64,000 nucleotides of DNA from Takakia lepidozioides. Taxonomy: Eukaryota > Plantae > Bryophyta. The stretch spans positions 69,502,001 through 69,566,000 of the forward strand of contig CM060733.1 in the NCBI GenBank assembly GCA_030704615.1, read 5' to 3'. This document shows positions 35,480 through 50,615 of the stretch, piece after piece (within the stretch, counting starts at the first letter, position 1; every line of letters starts with the position of its first letter). The notes beneath the pieces are model-generated. The model was given only the letters and a program-made list of their open reading frames with translations. It was not told the origin of the DNA and did not search any database. The position numbers and the translations under genes were made by a program.

Positions 35480-37240
35480 CAGGTCCACGTGGTGCGATAC
35501 CCACCGTTGGAAATGAAAGGGATTGGGAGATCGGTCGAAGGGGGATCAAAGCAGGAGATCGGCGGCAAGACTAGGGAGGGGGATGGACGACCAGGGGAGC
35601 GCCACGCAGTGGACCATCTCACAAAACTATCGGATAGCGGGGGGACGGCCACATCACGTTGAAGAGGGCCACAGGGGATGAGTCCCTGGGGGGAGCAGGG
35701 GATCGGGAACGGATCGACATTGGGGGTGCTGGCACGCGGTTGAGGGGGATGGACGGCGCGGCGAGGGGGGGGGGGGGGAATCGACGACAAGGGGACCGCA
35801 ACGTGGCCCACGTGTCATGGAGGGCACCGTGGAGCAGCACGTGGCAGAAAATGTGGGGAGGGGGATCAATCCCCGAATTGGAGGAGGGGATCAATCGAGG
35901 CGGGGGGAGCGATAGCGCGGGGATTGCGCCGTCCATGGTCGAAGGCCCGGGGGACTGCGCCTGGGCTCGGGGGATCAGGCCTCTAACCGTTGGTGGGATC
36001 GACGGCGGAGGGGATTGCGACGTGGCGGCGTGTCACTGTGAACGGCAGTGGTTGTAAGTAAGATTGATGCGCAGGGGATCAATGGTTCGAGGAGAACCAC
36101 GTGGCGCACGATTGGGAGTGGGGGATCACTCCCGCCCTGGACGGGGGATCAACCCAGTTGCGGGGGAACGGCTCCGATGGGATGAGGGGATCGACAGCGG
36201 GGGAGTGCCACGTGGCGGTGGGCGTGCCATGGGGCCTTCATCCGGCCGTCGTCCATTCACTGCGCGGGAGGATGGCCGGGGGATGAGGGGCGGATAACCC
36301 AGAACATCCATTGTTTTGAGGTTGGATGGATGCGCAGGGGATCGACGGTTCGGGGGAGTAGCACGTGGTGGGCGATTAGGGGTGGGGATCACTCCCGGTC
36401 CGGAGTGGGGATCAAGCCAGGTCGGGGGAGCGGCGACGTGTCGGGGGATCGCGCCGTGGATGGGACGAGGGGATCGGCGGCGGGGGAGCGCCACCTGCCG
36501 TCCGATGGGTGGAGGGGATCAGTCACCACATTGGACAGGGGATCAACCGAGGGGAGGGGCGGCGACGTGTCGGGGGATCGGGCCGTCGATGGGAAGAGGG
36601 GATCGACGGCGGGGGGACCGGCACGTGGCCTGTCAGTGTCATCACCCCTTCATCCGGCCGTCGTCCATCCCTTGCGCGGGAGGATGGTGGGGGGATGAGG
36701 GGCGGATGACACACAACATCCATTGTTTGTGAGGTTGGATGGATGCGTAGGGGATCGACGGTCCGGGGGAGCTGCACGTGGCGGGCAATTAGGGTTGGGG
36801 GATCACTCCCGGTCCGGGGGGGATCAAGGCGTGTCGGGGGGAGCGGCGACGTCTCGGGGGAGCGCGCCGGGAATGGGAGGAGGGGATCGACGGCGGCGGG
36901 AGCGCCACGTGGTGATGGACACGTCATGGGGCCTTCATCCGGCCGTCATCCATTTAATTGAGGTTGGATGGATGGGGAGGGGATCGACGATTCGGGGGAG
37001 CGCCACGTGGCTGGAGATAGGGGTGGGGGGATCACTCCGGCACTGGAAGGGGGATCAACCCAGTGAGGGGATCCACAGCGGGGGACCGCCACGTGGGCTG
37101 GAGATCGGGCGGTGCTGTGGGTGCCGCGTGGCCAGTGGTGGGGCGGGGTTCAGGGGTCCGGGCGGGCGGGCAGACGGCGCGGGGAGGAAATGGGGGGGGG
37201 GGGGGCAGCGGGCGGGAGGTCGGAGGGGGGTGGGGATGAT
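35480..37240. repeat. GC-rich degenerate repeat array built from GGGGATC and CCACGTGG motifs, probably TE subterminal
   Basis: Recurring blocks GAGGTTGGATGGATG, GGGGATCACTCCC and GGCCTTCATCCGGCCGTC; about ten CACGTG. Confidence 0.6.
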
Positions 37241-37981
37241 TTGACATGGGGCGTCCAGCTCGCCGACGACGCTGTCGGAGCGCGGTTCCCCGGCTGTACC
37301 TCGCGGGCCGTACCCGTCAGCTCACACGCTTGAAATAAAATCAAGCCACATCCATATTGGGACCGCTTTATTGGACGAATAGCAGCAATGTGTACCTTTA
37401 CAAATTCCAACGCACAGAACTGTCGCTGACTCTTTCTTTTCGTCCTCAAATACCACTGAGTGGATGAATGCGCCGCGGCAATGGTCGTCTACTCAACGAC
37501 TGACAGGGGACCAAACGTCCGTAATCGGACACGCGGTCGTATTCCACACTAGCCACCGAACGCGTCAAAGAGTTTTGTGAACGGAACAAGTTACCCCACG
37601 TGGCAATCCTTTTATGGCCCTTGCGTGTGGCTCTGATAGGGACTTTGGGGACCTTATTGGCTACAAACCGAATACTCCGCCCCCACTCCGATTACGTTTG
37701 GTAGCGGACACCGGTTGACCTGCTACCGGCCCCTCCGGTCGCCCGGGTCCAGAAGGTGGCCATCGACATAAACCCTGCCTTTCCTGACAAGCACTTGCTC
37801 TCATCAGTCTTTCTTGCTCGCTCGGTTTCCGTCTTCTGTCTTCCCTGCATTTTCTTCCCTGTAGTTTATGAACTTTTTCTCTCGCGGTGGAGCTCAGTGG
37901 GTGTGCTGGGGAGAATTTTTTTTCATTCTCTCCCGGCATATCTCACGTTTTGAGTTTCATCGAGGAAGCTCGGTTGCTACA

Positions 37982-39969
37982 ATGAGTGCGGCCACCGCCA
38001 TAGAGAGGGTCGATGGTAATGGTCCGTTGCCATTGCCTTTCACAAACCCCTCGCAGCAAGCCTACGTTTCGGAACTTCTGTCGTTTACTTTAGATCGTCT
38101 ACATAAGGTATCCACCCTTCCCCTCTGTCCTAATGCAACTATATTTCTTGTACTTCACTCAATTAGTTCACATAATAAGTGTCCTGTAGGTGGTTATGCA
38201 ATGTACTTCTTGACGATGTGCTTCCGATGCTGGAGTTATTTGACATTTCTGGATTCACATGGACAAATTGGTCCCCTTCCCATCAGCTTAAGAATGTTGA
38301 CTATAGGTCATCATCAATATGTGATGAAGATTCCTCGCAAAATTGAGAGAAGTCTCAGCTGAAAGTGACGGATCTGTGGTAAATTTTGGAAATGAAAGCA
38401 GGTCGCCACTTCCCCGGGTTCTGGGAAAAGGTCAAATGGAGCACAATCTCCTAAGATGTTCTAACGTACAGATCTGTATGGATTTAGTCGCATCTCGTTT
38501 TTTCTAAATGGTTGTAGGTGAAGGACCTTGATATGTTCTTGGCCAGGATGTGCACCAGATCTCTCATGTCCCTCGATTTGGAACTTTGTCTAATTCGGTC
38601 TGTAATGACAGTGTTACTGATGTTGCTTTCTATGAACGATCTCCATAAATACTTGGCACCCTCTTTTGTACTGTTAGCCTCTTCTGGAATAGCAATGAAA
38701 ACTGTTTGAGCTTTAGGGACGTCAGAATGGTGCTGCAGATGCAATGCCACTTGGTCAAAACCACACTTCTTGATGAGGCACGGCTGGAGCTAAGTAATCT
38801 TCCTCAGTGAAGTCCTTTTTTCTTACATTTCGTCTGTCTGCAAGGAATTTTCTCATTCACCTATGAAAAGACCAAATGCAGGAGCCAGAGTTATTGTGGG
38901 TAGATTCTGAGCGCATTCGACGTCAGATGCAAGAGGTTGCTGTTGAACATTACAGAGCATTCATAAGTGCGGCAGATGCAGTCCAAAATATCACGCAGGA
39001 AATCACATCTGTGGACAAGCATTTGGATTATTTGGTAAGATGGGCAGGTTATGTGAAATCATCAAGGGTGTCCCTGTAGAGTGAAAAGGAAAGAATTGTT
39101 ATAATGCTACTTGCATTTGGGAGATTGTGCATGGTGCCCTGTGGATAATTGAACTGGACTAGATTTTATGGAAGTTGCATTAGTGATGATAAAAGTGTTT
39201 TTCTCTTTTTCTCCTGGGTTCTCATGTTTGTGCCTGAGCTCTAAATGGTCGATGTCTTTTCACTTCAGATTGCAGAGATTCCCAAGCTCACGAGTGGCTG
39301 CAATGACTTCATGGAAGAAGCACAGCAGATTTTAGAGAAACGCAAGCTGAATCACACATTACTTGCCAACCACAGCACTCTCTTGGACTTGCTGGAGATT
39401 CCACAGCTTATGGACACGTATGATCTTACACTTTTGTTGTAACATAGCATGGTGATGGATGTCTTATAATCACCGGTAAAGTAGTGAGGGAATGCACTCA
39501 TTGGTTTATTTCCCTGAGAACTGTGGCTATGACATACTCTGGAGGGCATAGGTTCCTGCAGGCTGCCAACCCTCTGATAGCCACTTATGGGATTTTGCCC
39601 TTCCAGAGCACCTCAGAGTCAACCTGAAATGGCGATGCCATTGCTCACAGCTGATGACATGCAGTTATAGGGAATAAAGTGGGCTTGCATGATACTAGCA
39701 AACATGAGGTTCATTTTAGCACTTCTCCTCAAGGCCCCTAGCTTGCAGAAGATGTGACACAAGCGGCTGTTGTTGCACTGCCAGAGTGTTCAGAGGAAAA
39801 AGGCACGAAAGTAGAAAACGAAGAAAGAAAGATACTTTATAACTTCCACGGAAAGCTCGAAGAGCTTACAGGACAAAGAAAGTAGGATAAAAGAAAGAGA
39901 GTGGGGCCCTCAACAACCAGCCCAAAGGACGGTAGGAAATCAAGTAGAAACCAAAGAACCACAAAATAC

Positions 39970-40010
<41 letters not shown>

Positions 40011-40442
40011 TCATACGATGTTATTTGCCGTAGCCTTGTGGCCACAGACCTTGCACCCAGTTTGGGTGAAACAAAAGGGAACAGACACTAGATTTGTGAG
40101 GGGTTCACTCCAGTTATTCAAATTACTGTGAGGTAAACAATTTGTTCGGGCTCTCCAGATTTCCTCTAGAAAGCCCTTCGCACAAGCATCAATCTTTGGT
40201 GTGTGGTCTGCCCAGCAGTTAGACTCCCCAGGGCCAGGTCTTCAGGCTCAGCCTCAAGATTTTGAAAGTTCGTGAACAGAGGTGTAGGGATTATGTTCTT
40301 GATGTACCTGAAGAGGGTTGCTCTGTGATGAATACCATGGGCGTTGTATTAAGAAAATGGATGAGAGAGAGAGAATGTACTCATAAGACATTGTTTGCCA
40401 TAGCTTTGACCCTGTGCCCAATTCGGGTGGAACAAGGGAATA

Positions 40443-40473
<31 letters not shown>

Positions 40474-43400
40474 ATTAATTAATTGTGTCATCTCATTCAG
40501 TGCTGGAGATTTTTTATCCTGACCTTGTCGTAGGTCCACCTCAGAGTAAAATGGTATGAATACTGTGCTTGTGAACTTCGTGTGTTGCGTTAGTCAAACT
40601 TGTGGAATGTGAATTACTACAGAATGTTCTGTTGAAGTTGAAATGCGTGCTGTTTCACAGATGTGTACGAAATGGCAACTACGATGAGGCCCTTGATCTT
40701 GAAGCTTTTGTCTCCAAACTGGCCACAATGCATTCAAGGTAACTATTTCTTGTTTTCGTCATTTGAAGGAAATGTTTTCCTCTGTAAAGATGCATGTGTT
40801 CTCACAGTCGTCTATTGATGGGACCAGGCTTCCAGTGATCCAGTCCCTTGTGGCGGATGTGGGACAGACAACTCAGTCATTGCTCACTCAGATCCTCCAA
40901 CGATTACGGTCAAATATTCAGGTGAAGCTCGCAGTGGAATTTTCAGACTGGAAGTTCTAGGTCACCAACAAAGTCTCTATACCAAAGTTATAAGCTGTAA
41001 AGTCACAACCCTGCAGCATGGTATAGCAGGCTTGCAATTGTGGAGTGTTTTGTGGTAGCAGTCACTAATTACTTGCTTACTTGAGTCACATGTAACAGTG
41101 ATATGTGTAGAATAACTTCTTTTGCTGGACAGTTGCCAGAGTGTCTGAGAGTAATTGGCTACCTGCGGCGCCTTGCTGTGTTCAATGAACATGAAATGCA
41201 TCTTCAGGTACGACCTTTCTGAACCACACTTATGAAGGTTTGTATCTTATGTTAATGATAATGCAGTGATGTGGACATCTTGTAGCAATAACAGGCTGTT
41301 TCTGCTCAAACACTTGCAATGCTGAGACTGAAAGAGGTGGTCCTCATGCCACAGTTCTTGAGATGCAGAGAAGCATGGCTGGTGGGCATCATTGATGATC
41401 TGGACCGAAGCAACCCATATGAGTATTTGAAGAGGATGGCAGACTGCCATCGAGTGCATCTGTTTGATGTGGTGACACAGTTTCGAGCTATCTTCTCTGA
41501 TGATACGTCTGGTCATGAGGAAAACACTGATGGTGGCCTCCTTTACAGCTGGGCCATGCATCGCATATCGTCACACCTTGCTGTGCTCCATGCTGTGCTT
41601 CCCCACATTACTGAGGGTGTGTCGCTCGCTATCATCCTTGAGCAGTGCATGGTAATCACCACTACCCTGAAGTGTGTGCTGTGTTCCCTCTGCAGCAAAG
41701 CTCTATTTGCTTAGTAATATGGAGAGTCCTCCATACAAATTGATCCAAAACCTGACCACGGATTTTGAAGGTTGAAGCAGGCATATCGTAGTTTTTCTTT
41801 TCTTTTTTTTGGGGGGGGGCCTTCAAGCAGAGCTGCGCCACTTCGAGACCGATTTGCATGCATGACCTACACTGGACTTTCCAAGGTGTTAGCAGTGAGT
41901 TGCACTTGAAGAGATGCTTGATATTGTGTATGGATTAGTGCACTGGCTCAGATAACATGTGGTTTGCTTTGAGCTCTACTGTGTGCAGTACTGTGGCATG
42001 AGCCTTGGACGTGTGGGGCTTGACTTCAGAGGCCTGTTACCTCCACTTTTTGAAAGGTAGGTAGAAACAGGTCTTTGTAAATAGGATCAATGTCTGCAGT
42101 TCCTGCTATCCAGTACCCTATGGTTCGTGACTGGCTGATTTATTGGTTTTTTGTTTTGCAGGTCTGTGCATGACTTGTTTGTTCGCAACATGACCGTTAC
42201 AGTTGACAACTTCCAGGTATATGTGCCTGTACGTTAGTTTGATTATGAATGGAAACTAACTGGATTGGTTGGTGCAGCATGAAAGCCAGGGTAGGATGTA
42301 TTTATGTAGTGTGTATCTTTCATTTCAGATGGGCAGGATTCTGCTACTTGCCTGCTCAAACCGGTTACCAGGGAATTACATATATAAGACTGAAAATGCA
42401 CATAGGAAGCTAACAGAATTGATTCTATCTGAAACTAAGGTTAAAAGTGCTCAGCGTCTTGAACTGGTGTGTGATGATTGGGAGACGCTGCCATGACTCT
42501 GTCTGTACTGATGCCATTGATGGGCATGATATCTGGCAGCATGTCCTGGACTCACATCGTTGGGTTCCCCTTCCCCTTGTGGGGCTAGGGAGCTGTGCTG
42601 GAGGTGTGGAGGATGCTTCTGATGATGTGGCTCCCCCCTACTCTTTGATGGAGCATCCACCTTTGGCTGCTTTTGTCAATGGTGAGTGTAAAAAAATCTT
42701 TGTGATTCACCACCCCAAGTGATTATGTTGCTTGAGATTTTAGCACAAGCCCAAACTGTATGTTGATATCTGAAGTGCTAATCACTGGCTTCGAGCTCTG
42801 GCAGACTGCTTACTGTCAACACATTGAATTATCACTGGTGCCTATTCTAATCATTTTACCATCTTGAATGTAGGTTTAGTTAAGTACAATTCAGATGTCA
42901 TACTCCAAGAAACTAACCAGGCAAAACTCTTTACTTGGCGAGTGGTGGCCAGCATCAAATGGAAGTGAAGGGGGCATGATTTAGGAATGGCTAGGAGTTG
43001 CTAACTGCCAGGGCTCAGCTACTTGGGTATGCCTTTGTAGCCTCAACATACAGCCTGTAAAACTGAGAGCTATGTTCGGGTTAAGTTGGAATTATCTCAT
43101 TCTAATTTGTGTATCTAACTTTTCCCTAGTGTTCTGGGAAATAAATGCTGTCCAGGTGTATTGGCAGCTCTCAATGAACTTAGGCACTGTGCACCAATCA
43201 ATTTGAAGGGGACATTGGCCTTGGAGCTTCAACAGGCTTTGCAAAGTGTGGCTGATTCTTTGCTACGGTATAACGCAACTCGCATGTTGAGAGAGAGCGA
43301 ATCCAATCTCTTCCTTTCCATGTGTCGGGCATTCATTGAGGTACTCCTGATACCTCCATTTGAAAGTAGCATTTAGATCTTTCAACCTTCTGAGTCATAG

Positions 43401-43856
43401 ACCTTGGACATTGAGTGTGAACATTTTTCCAGAAGTATGACAAATTTATGCAACCTGGATATCTACCAATAGCAGATTGATAAGTAGTGTATGCAAAATT
43501 CTATTCAGATTGATTCTTTCTGGGCAGCAGATTCTTAAATGCTGTATATAAATATCATGTTCTCTTTATTGTGTTTGTAGGTCGCATGTCCTTACTGCGT
43601 TCTGTGCTTTGGACGGTGCTATTCGGGGGGTTGTAGCTTGATACAATCGAGAGAGGTGCTGGAAGGCATCCGGAGGCTTGTCACTGCACCGTCTGCCCTC
43701 TCCAAAGATAATGTGAATGGAAGTGTCAGGGAGAGAAAATCAGGTGTCTTGGATGGACATCAGTCAGTTCAGGACAGGGTTTGTACAGACAGTGTGAATG
43801 GTGATGGTGAGAATAATAACAACACTTTCACGAGGGAGAATGGGCATGGAGGGTGA
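37982..43856 (+). CDS. COG8: Conserved oligomeric Golgi complex subunit 8 (Dor1 family), ~12 exons
   Basis: Exons approx. 37982-38107, 38882-39034, 39269-39417, 40661-40738, 40828-40921, 41133-41207, 41355-41651, 41989-42056, 42162-42216, 42540-42681, 43156-43340, 43581-43856, with GT-AG borders. Motifs [62 protein letters not shown]. Confidence 0.93.
39974..40006. repeat. (GA)n microsatellite in COG8 intron 3
   Basis: Direct reading; a similar tract lies at ~40444-40472. Confidence 0.85.
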
Positions 43857-46800
43857 GAAAACAATGTCACAGTTATAGATGGAACAGTCCAGGTTCAGAC
43901 AATCGATTGGACTACTGGGATAATTGTTGTTGTGCTGGGATGTTGCAGGTGCATCATGTTGTTATCACCATTTTTTTCACTGCCTCTCTCTCTCATTCTC
44001 TCTCTGATGCCGTTCCTTGCAGGACCCATGGTATCATGTACAGTGATTATGCAGCTTATTAACTGAATGAAGTGAATTGATTTCTCAGGTCTTCATCATG
44101 ACCAATGAAGATTTCCAACCTCCAAGATGGATGTTTTACTCATTGTGTAACATGTTATCATCAAATTATGTACAATAATGTCATTTGACATAAAGTTGTA
44201 CATGTCTACAGGCGTCTGTTTCCATTGTATGTCAAGAGTCTTTCCATGGACCTACTTCCTCGGTGAAATAGCCTATGGCTGGGGCTAAAATACCCAATAC
44301 CTTTAAAGGTACTGCAGTATAGTTTTCACTATGTTGGCCCAAACCCTTGTGATACCAAGCTACGCGGTAGTTGGAGATGCTGTGTGCTCGACGAGTTCTA
44401 GTTTCAGAGGAGTAACTCAAATTTATTGCACACACAAAAGGGAAACTTTCTGTACCAAGAACACCAAGATCGTTGCTTCAGTAATCGAACACTCTTACAC
44501 ACAATATTATCTTATACACACTTAAGTACACAGATTAAACACCTTTCTCCTAAGGTCTGACTGTCTGAGCTCTCTATCCTGTAGCACATGCTGCCCTCCA
44601 ATGACTCAATGATCCAGATATATCTAGAGTCTTAGGATTCATATGGACTAGGTAGCTTTTTTTATATCCGGTAGCAGGGGCTCCTCTCGAGCGCTACCCG
44701 GACATAACCGGTTTTTAGGGCAGCGAGCCAGTCAGTTTACCCTTGTACGTACCTACCACCACAGGATATAGCAGGGAGCCAGGACCTACCGAGCTGCGTA
44801 GGTAGTTAAAAATCTAGTAGGTAGTAGAATACCACATATAGCACCCCTCCTCATATCCAGTAGAAACACGCCACGTCAGCGAGTCTGCTCTAAAAATCGG
44901 TTATGTATGTATTGAATACCAAATGCCCATGTAATCAACTATCATCCACAACCCTCAACACATCATCTACAACCCCCACTAAATCAACCAATGCTTGTAC
45001 AACCTGTAAGTGGTTGTACATGATTTATTGAGGGTTGATTTAATGGGCAAATAGTATGCAGGCCCACCAAATGCCCGTGTCTTGGCCCCACTTGTTCACT
45101 AAATAAATTCCGATAGATTCTTCGATCCTTTAATTCATTCTTAGATGCTTTCACCATTGGGTGTATGACCATGTCCCTCCAACCTACCAAGTACGGACAA
45201 TATGGTATGACATTGTACATGGTTGTAGGGTTGGCACCACCTACCTGGCTGGCACCTAGGTTGTTGGCGCCACGACTGCCACCTACATTGGTGGCGCCAA
45301 CCTTCTTAGCACAACCTACTTGTTGGCACAACTTCACAAAATAATTGTTGGCACAACCTAGTTTTTATCTAACTATTTTTGTAAGCAAACACATCTACAT
45401 AGTATGTACATATATTTGTCAAAAATATAATTTGAATAATTCAGATATGATTAGACTTTGGCCATGATAAGGGCAGTCAGTAGGATTGCGGCGGCACGAC
45501 ATCCTTGCAAAAGATTAGCGGAGTACGCTCAATGACAGCAGCTCCCGGATGGAGGAGGCAGCAGGGCGGTGGCTGGAAGAAGTTCAAGGACATGACAATG
45601 TGTTTGCAAATGCTACAATTCCTCACTAACACTCCAGGGCACATTTAAATTTCCCCCCTACAAGAACCTGCACGGATAGTATGGTGGACAATCAATCATT
45701 ACGGCGACTATCTCTTGTTCCCTATGGCATACTGATGTGACAATGGAGCAATGATATGACAAGCTGATGGCTTTAAAGAGATCTGGTAACATGCTACAAT
45801 GTAGGGCAGACCTGTTTTCATGACCAGACAGTGTTCTTGAATGTACAAGCATTGGAAACTTAGCCTCTTTTAGAAGCTGGTTACTTTAGGACACTTGATA
45901 CCATGCAAAACTGATATGGATGGATCTTTTGTGGCCAAATCTAGTCCTTGGTTATATGCCCTTGAATGTTTACCTATTTTCCGAAATGGTAAGACATTGG
46001 TAGATGTGAACAGAATGATTCAGGCATTGTATTCAAGTTGCTTTAGGATAAATAATACCAAAGTAACCTGAAGATTGGCTGCTCCATGAATGTAGCCGTT
46101 TTAGTTTCCTTCCGTGCCATGCAAACTATGGGCAGTAAGTGCCAGGTGGGCCTATAGCCACTCGAGACGACAAAGTCCATCCCCCCTTCGATGTAAATGC
46201 GGCGCCGAATTTCCATCCGGGGGATGGATTTCGGTGGCAGATTTCAAACTATTCCCTGTGGATGAGAAAGAGGTATCGGTGCATCCACCGCTGGCGTGAT
46301 GGACACGTTACACGATGATTGGTGGGTACGTGGGACCCAAATGCTCCATTATTGGAGCCCGCACTGCTCTTCCGCTTCTCATCATTTTGAAAATCAAAGG
46401 GCTTCATTGCTGTCCGCAAGGTCATTGTCATCGGCATCAAAGACGTCCTCAGGACCTCCTTTGCAAGGATGTCGTGCTTCCGGAACCGGGATGACTGCCC
46501 TTATGAAGGCTTTGATTATGCATTATCTGGCACACAGTTTACACAGAAGATAGTGGGGCGAATGTGGAAACATTGTCCGCTTTTGAGTATATCCCAGGCC
46601 ACTACGCCTTCGAGCGAGGTGACGATCTTGGTCTGAGGGGTCTGTGGCTCCTGCGCATCCTTGATTCCGATTTATCCAGCTACGACGGGCACCCATGCAG
46701 AAGAATGCGCACTGCTATGCTGTTGCGGTGGAACTGCTGCCAGTGGACGTGGGTGGACTCCATCGGAGAGACGTATACTCCTGAAGGAATGCGCTCCTCT

Positions 46801-49596
46801 TCTCCATTGTATGGGGACATTCGCATTGGTGTGGACGACGAAAACGTGAAGCTTTCCATATTCGATGGTGGTATGATTGAAGGGCACGACATTGTGGTGA
46901 ACATCAACAGGGGTGGTACAACGGCTGCAATCCAGTTTACCTGGAGGAGCCCGATGACTCATGAGCTAGTTTTCAGAGCAGTCGAAGTCCCATTGACAAC
47001 GTGACTTGTATTCAGAAGGCACATGGCTAAAGATTTGTTTGCACCACCAGCACAGTAAACGTGCTTCAAATGCAATTCATGTGGATCAATAAAAACCCCA
47101 TTGTGCCCTCTTTTGTTCTATTATGTATCCATCGTTCCCAGAATGCATCATTCCTCATTTCGTTTGGGATTGGGAGTGTGGGTGGATTTTGCAAGTGGCT
47201 GGGAGGCTGAAATGGGCCCCCACTGTACAGAGCAGTACCACCCTACCATTCGCGAAACATTGCCTTTTAATATGTAATTCTAAAAAACATTGCCGAACCT
47301 CCTTCATCGGGAGGTCCTTCTCCCCCTATGACCATGACACCCTAAACCCTATTCCCGCGGACACTCATTTCCAGAAAATAGTCCTGCTCATGTTTTTTCG
47401 ACACTTACGACTCTGCTCATGGCTCATGCGCTCATGGCTCATGAAATAGCAGCCCCCCTCCAACGGCCGGGTATTTGCCTTCAAATATCCTTGGCGGAAG
47501 GGGGCAATACCTCCCTTAAAACTTCCATTTTTAAGTTAAGGGGGTCCGGATAAAATCCCTTGTTCAAGGCGAATTTACCCCGCTGAATAATAAATAACAA
47601 ATAATTAAAACATTCCTACAAATGCATGAAATCCGTAGAAATAGAGAACCCTCATAGGATCCTGTAGCTACCCAAATTACCTTCAAGGTACTAGGGGAAT
47701 GCCCTGGGAACGCCCCTTGTTTTGGGAGAGTTGGGGAAAAACTCTCCGCCTTGGGAGCGCCCCTAAATTCCTATACCAAACCCAATCAATAGTGCATTAG
47801 CAACTTAAGCAACCACCGGGCCAGAATAAATGAAATCCGCTTCCTATCAGTTTCTCATCCGATTGCCAAGACTCCTCGCCGTGTGCTCCTACTGGACTTG
47901 AAAGGCGGGAGAATACAAAGATCGCAATCCGGGACTGGAACAGTCGTCTTGTATTGTTTCGAACAGGTGCATGTTGTCATTATTGGTACCGAATTGGCAG
48001 CCTAATTTGCTGTCGATGCAGCGTCCTACGGTCATTTTGACGCCAGAGCTTCTCTCCATGGTCGTCGCAGACATGATCTACGTTCCTACGTGCTTTACCA
48101 ACAATTCCCAGATAACTCGCAAATTGCCCTGCTTTGGCAGTACAATGCCTAAACTGTCTGCCTTAAGATAAAAAACGATCTGAAAAGAAATTTGTACCAA
48201 TATATGCATCTACATATATGGCGACCAATGGGGAACACTCGCCTCGAGTGTAAAAGAACTCAGAATCTCTGGTTCGCACAATCCCCGTATTAGGGTATCA
48301 CTGATATCCCTTGGAGTGAACGACTCTCTTAAGTGACATGAAAAAGATGAAGAGTACTTTCCCTTTGGCTCTCCCGCTTCGGAGAGAGTTCAAGTCTTCC
48401 GGGAGAGAGGAGGGAAAATAAAAGCAAAAAACCAATAAATGCTTCAAAACCACCCGACTCGCCCTCTTCGGAGAGAGTTGGAGTTCCCAGATAAAAAATA
48501 CTTCAAAACCGCCATTCTCCCCCACCGGACTGGATTTCAATCCCCTAGATGATGCAAGAGAAATATTGGCGGTGCAATTTGATGATCCTACTCTAACACA
48601 GCCTTGGAAGGACTTTGGTTCTATACTACTCCTGACATGGCTTGCAGGGACCTCTCATGGATTTGCACAGCTCATTGTAAAATGCTAGGGCCTCGACTCG
48701 AGCTCGGACGGGCCTAAATGCTCCTAAACATGATGCTTCTGGGAGTCCTAAACAGTGGCTTCCGTGTCAACAAAAAAGATTGGATACTTTCTGAACCTCA
48801 GAGGACCAAACTCTAGTAATAGACGCACCAAACTATGACCTAACTATTCTCATGACTCGCAGGGACCTCTCATGGATTTCGCAGAGCTCATGGTGAAACA
48901 CCTAACGTTGAAAGGATTGGATACTTTCTGAACGTCATAGGACCACACTCTGGTAATAGACGCATTAACATGTGATAATCATAATGCTAAAAGGTCACAG
49001 GCCCTTCTGGGTTTTCCTGTGCCGGACATCCTTCACTCATGTGAGGAGAGCAACAACCACTACTCTACAAACTCTCCTTTTACCCCCTCACTGCTTTTCT
49101 GACTTTTCTATCTCTGGGAGAATATTGCTGCAGCGGGGCAGAGAAGACTAAACACAGGTCGCACCACTCTACTAGTCCACGCCTAACGGAGATGCGCCAC
49201 TCGGTTGCCATCTCAAAAAGGTTTTTAAGGGTTAGAATCCCTGTGCGGGAAGTCGCAGTGCTCCATGCAGGGAGCATTGGTATATTGCGGAATGCTTGAT
49301 GCAGCAAACACTTATTTTTTCTCAAAATATGCTTTGAGCAAACACAGATATATTCTGTGATTAAAAAAAACAAGCAATGATCGAAAGTGTGCATTGAACA
49401 AGAGTGCATATTTTAGCCATTCCATTGTTTCCATTCCTGCACCTGTGGTTCTTCACTTGGTGAAGAAGAAAAATAGAGAAACTCACAACACGTGATTAGT
49501 AACGAAGATGTATGAAGTCTTCTACATTGGCAATTCGATGGTCATACCTTTCATAGCTTATGCCATATCAACAGATTTCTAATTCTATAACGTGGG

Positions 49597-50580
49597 TTAG
49601 ATTACTGCAAACATCTCTCCGGACAGGACAAAGGCCACTGAGATCTCCCTTAGCACCTTTCCCTTAATGGGGGGAAAGATTTCATTGGTTAAAGGAAACT
49701 CGCATGTAGTACCGTTCACCAGATTGGGGAACTCCACTCCCCTCAGTGTCTCCAATTGTAATGAGCCGTTGTCAAAGATTGTCTTGACGAGATAGGGCCC
49801 CATCCAGTACGAGTTGAACTTGGCCTTGAATTCCTTGTTCCGACTATCAAACAATAATACCAGATCTCCTGGATCAAAAATCCTCTTTTGCGCTTCAGGT
49901 CAAACCGAGCCTTCCTCCTTCGCTGGACTGCCTCAATGTGTTGAGCTGCTACCTGCCGAAGCTCGTCTAATCCCTCCAACATCTCGAGTCGTTCCTTCAG
50001 GGATTCGGATGTTGCCAATCTCTCGGTGATGGCTAGTCGCAATGATGAAATCTCTGTTTCGATTGGCATAATGGACTCCACCCCGTAAACCAATGAAAAG
50101 GGGGTGTGTCGAGTGGTTACCTTATGTGTCGTGCAAAACGCCCACAAAGCTGAAATCAACTTGGTGTCCCAATCCCGCTTGTGCTCCCTAATTGTTTTGG
50201 AGAGGATGTTGCACAAGGTTTGGTTGGCGCGCTCCACTTGCCCACTTGTCTGAGGGTGATAAGGGGTAGCCTTGCGATGCTTGATGAAGAATGTTGCCAT
50301 CATTTCTTCGACGACGTCGTTAATAAGGTGAGATCCCCTGTCACTCACTATCTCCCTGGGGCATCCGAATTGGGAAATGATGTTTTTATAAATGAAAGAG
50401 GCGGCGTTGGCCTTTTTAACCGCCTTGGCCTCTGCCCACTTGGTCAAATACTCAATAGCTACGATGATGTAACGATTTTGTCGACTCAAAGCGGGGTGCA
50501 CTTCTCCTACATAGTTGATTCCCCACTTCTCAGTGAAGCGCATGGTGGAATGCATTTTCCTTTTGGGAAGTTTCTTTGGT
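49597..50580 (-). pseudogene. Integrase remnant of a non-chromovirus Gypsy element
   Basis: KWGINYVG, EYLTKWAEA, VSDRGSH, YHPQTSGQVER, WMGPY. Confidence 0.85.
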
Positions 50581-50615
50581 GCTACCGGTCGATTGGCCGG
50601 ACTCTTTGCTCTGGA

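Noticed and set aside
44345-45000. TGGTATCA PBS-like site with possible LTR on the minus strand
   Set aside because: There is no partner LTR, clear TG...CA ends or coding remnant to support it.
46114-47004. Possible decayed gene
   Set aside because: It has stops and no recognisable domain, so it cannot be named.
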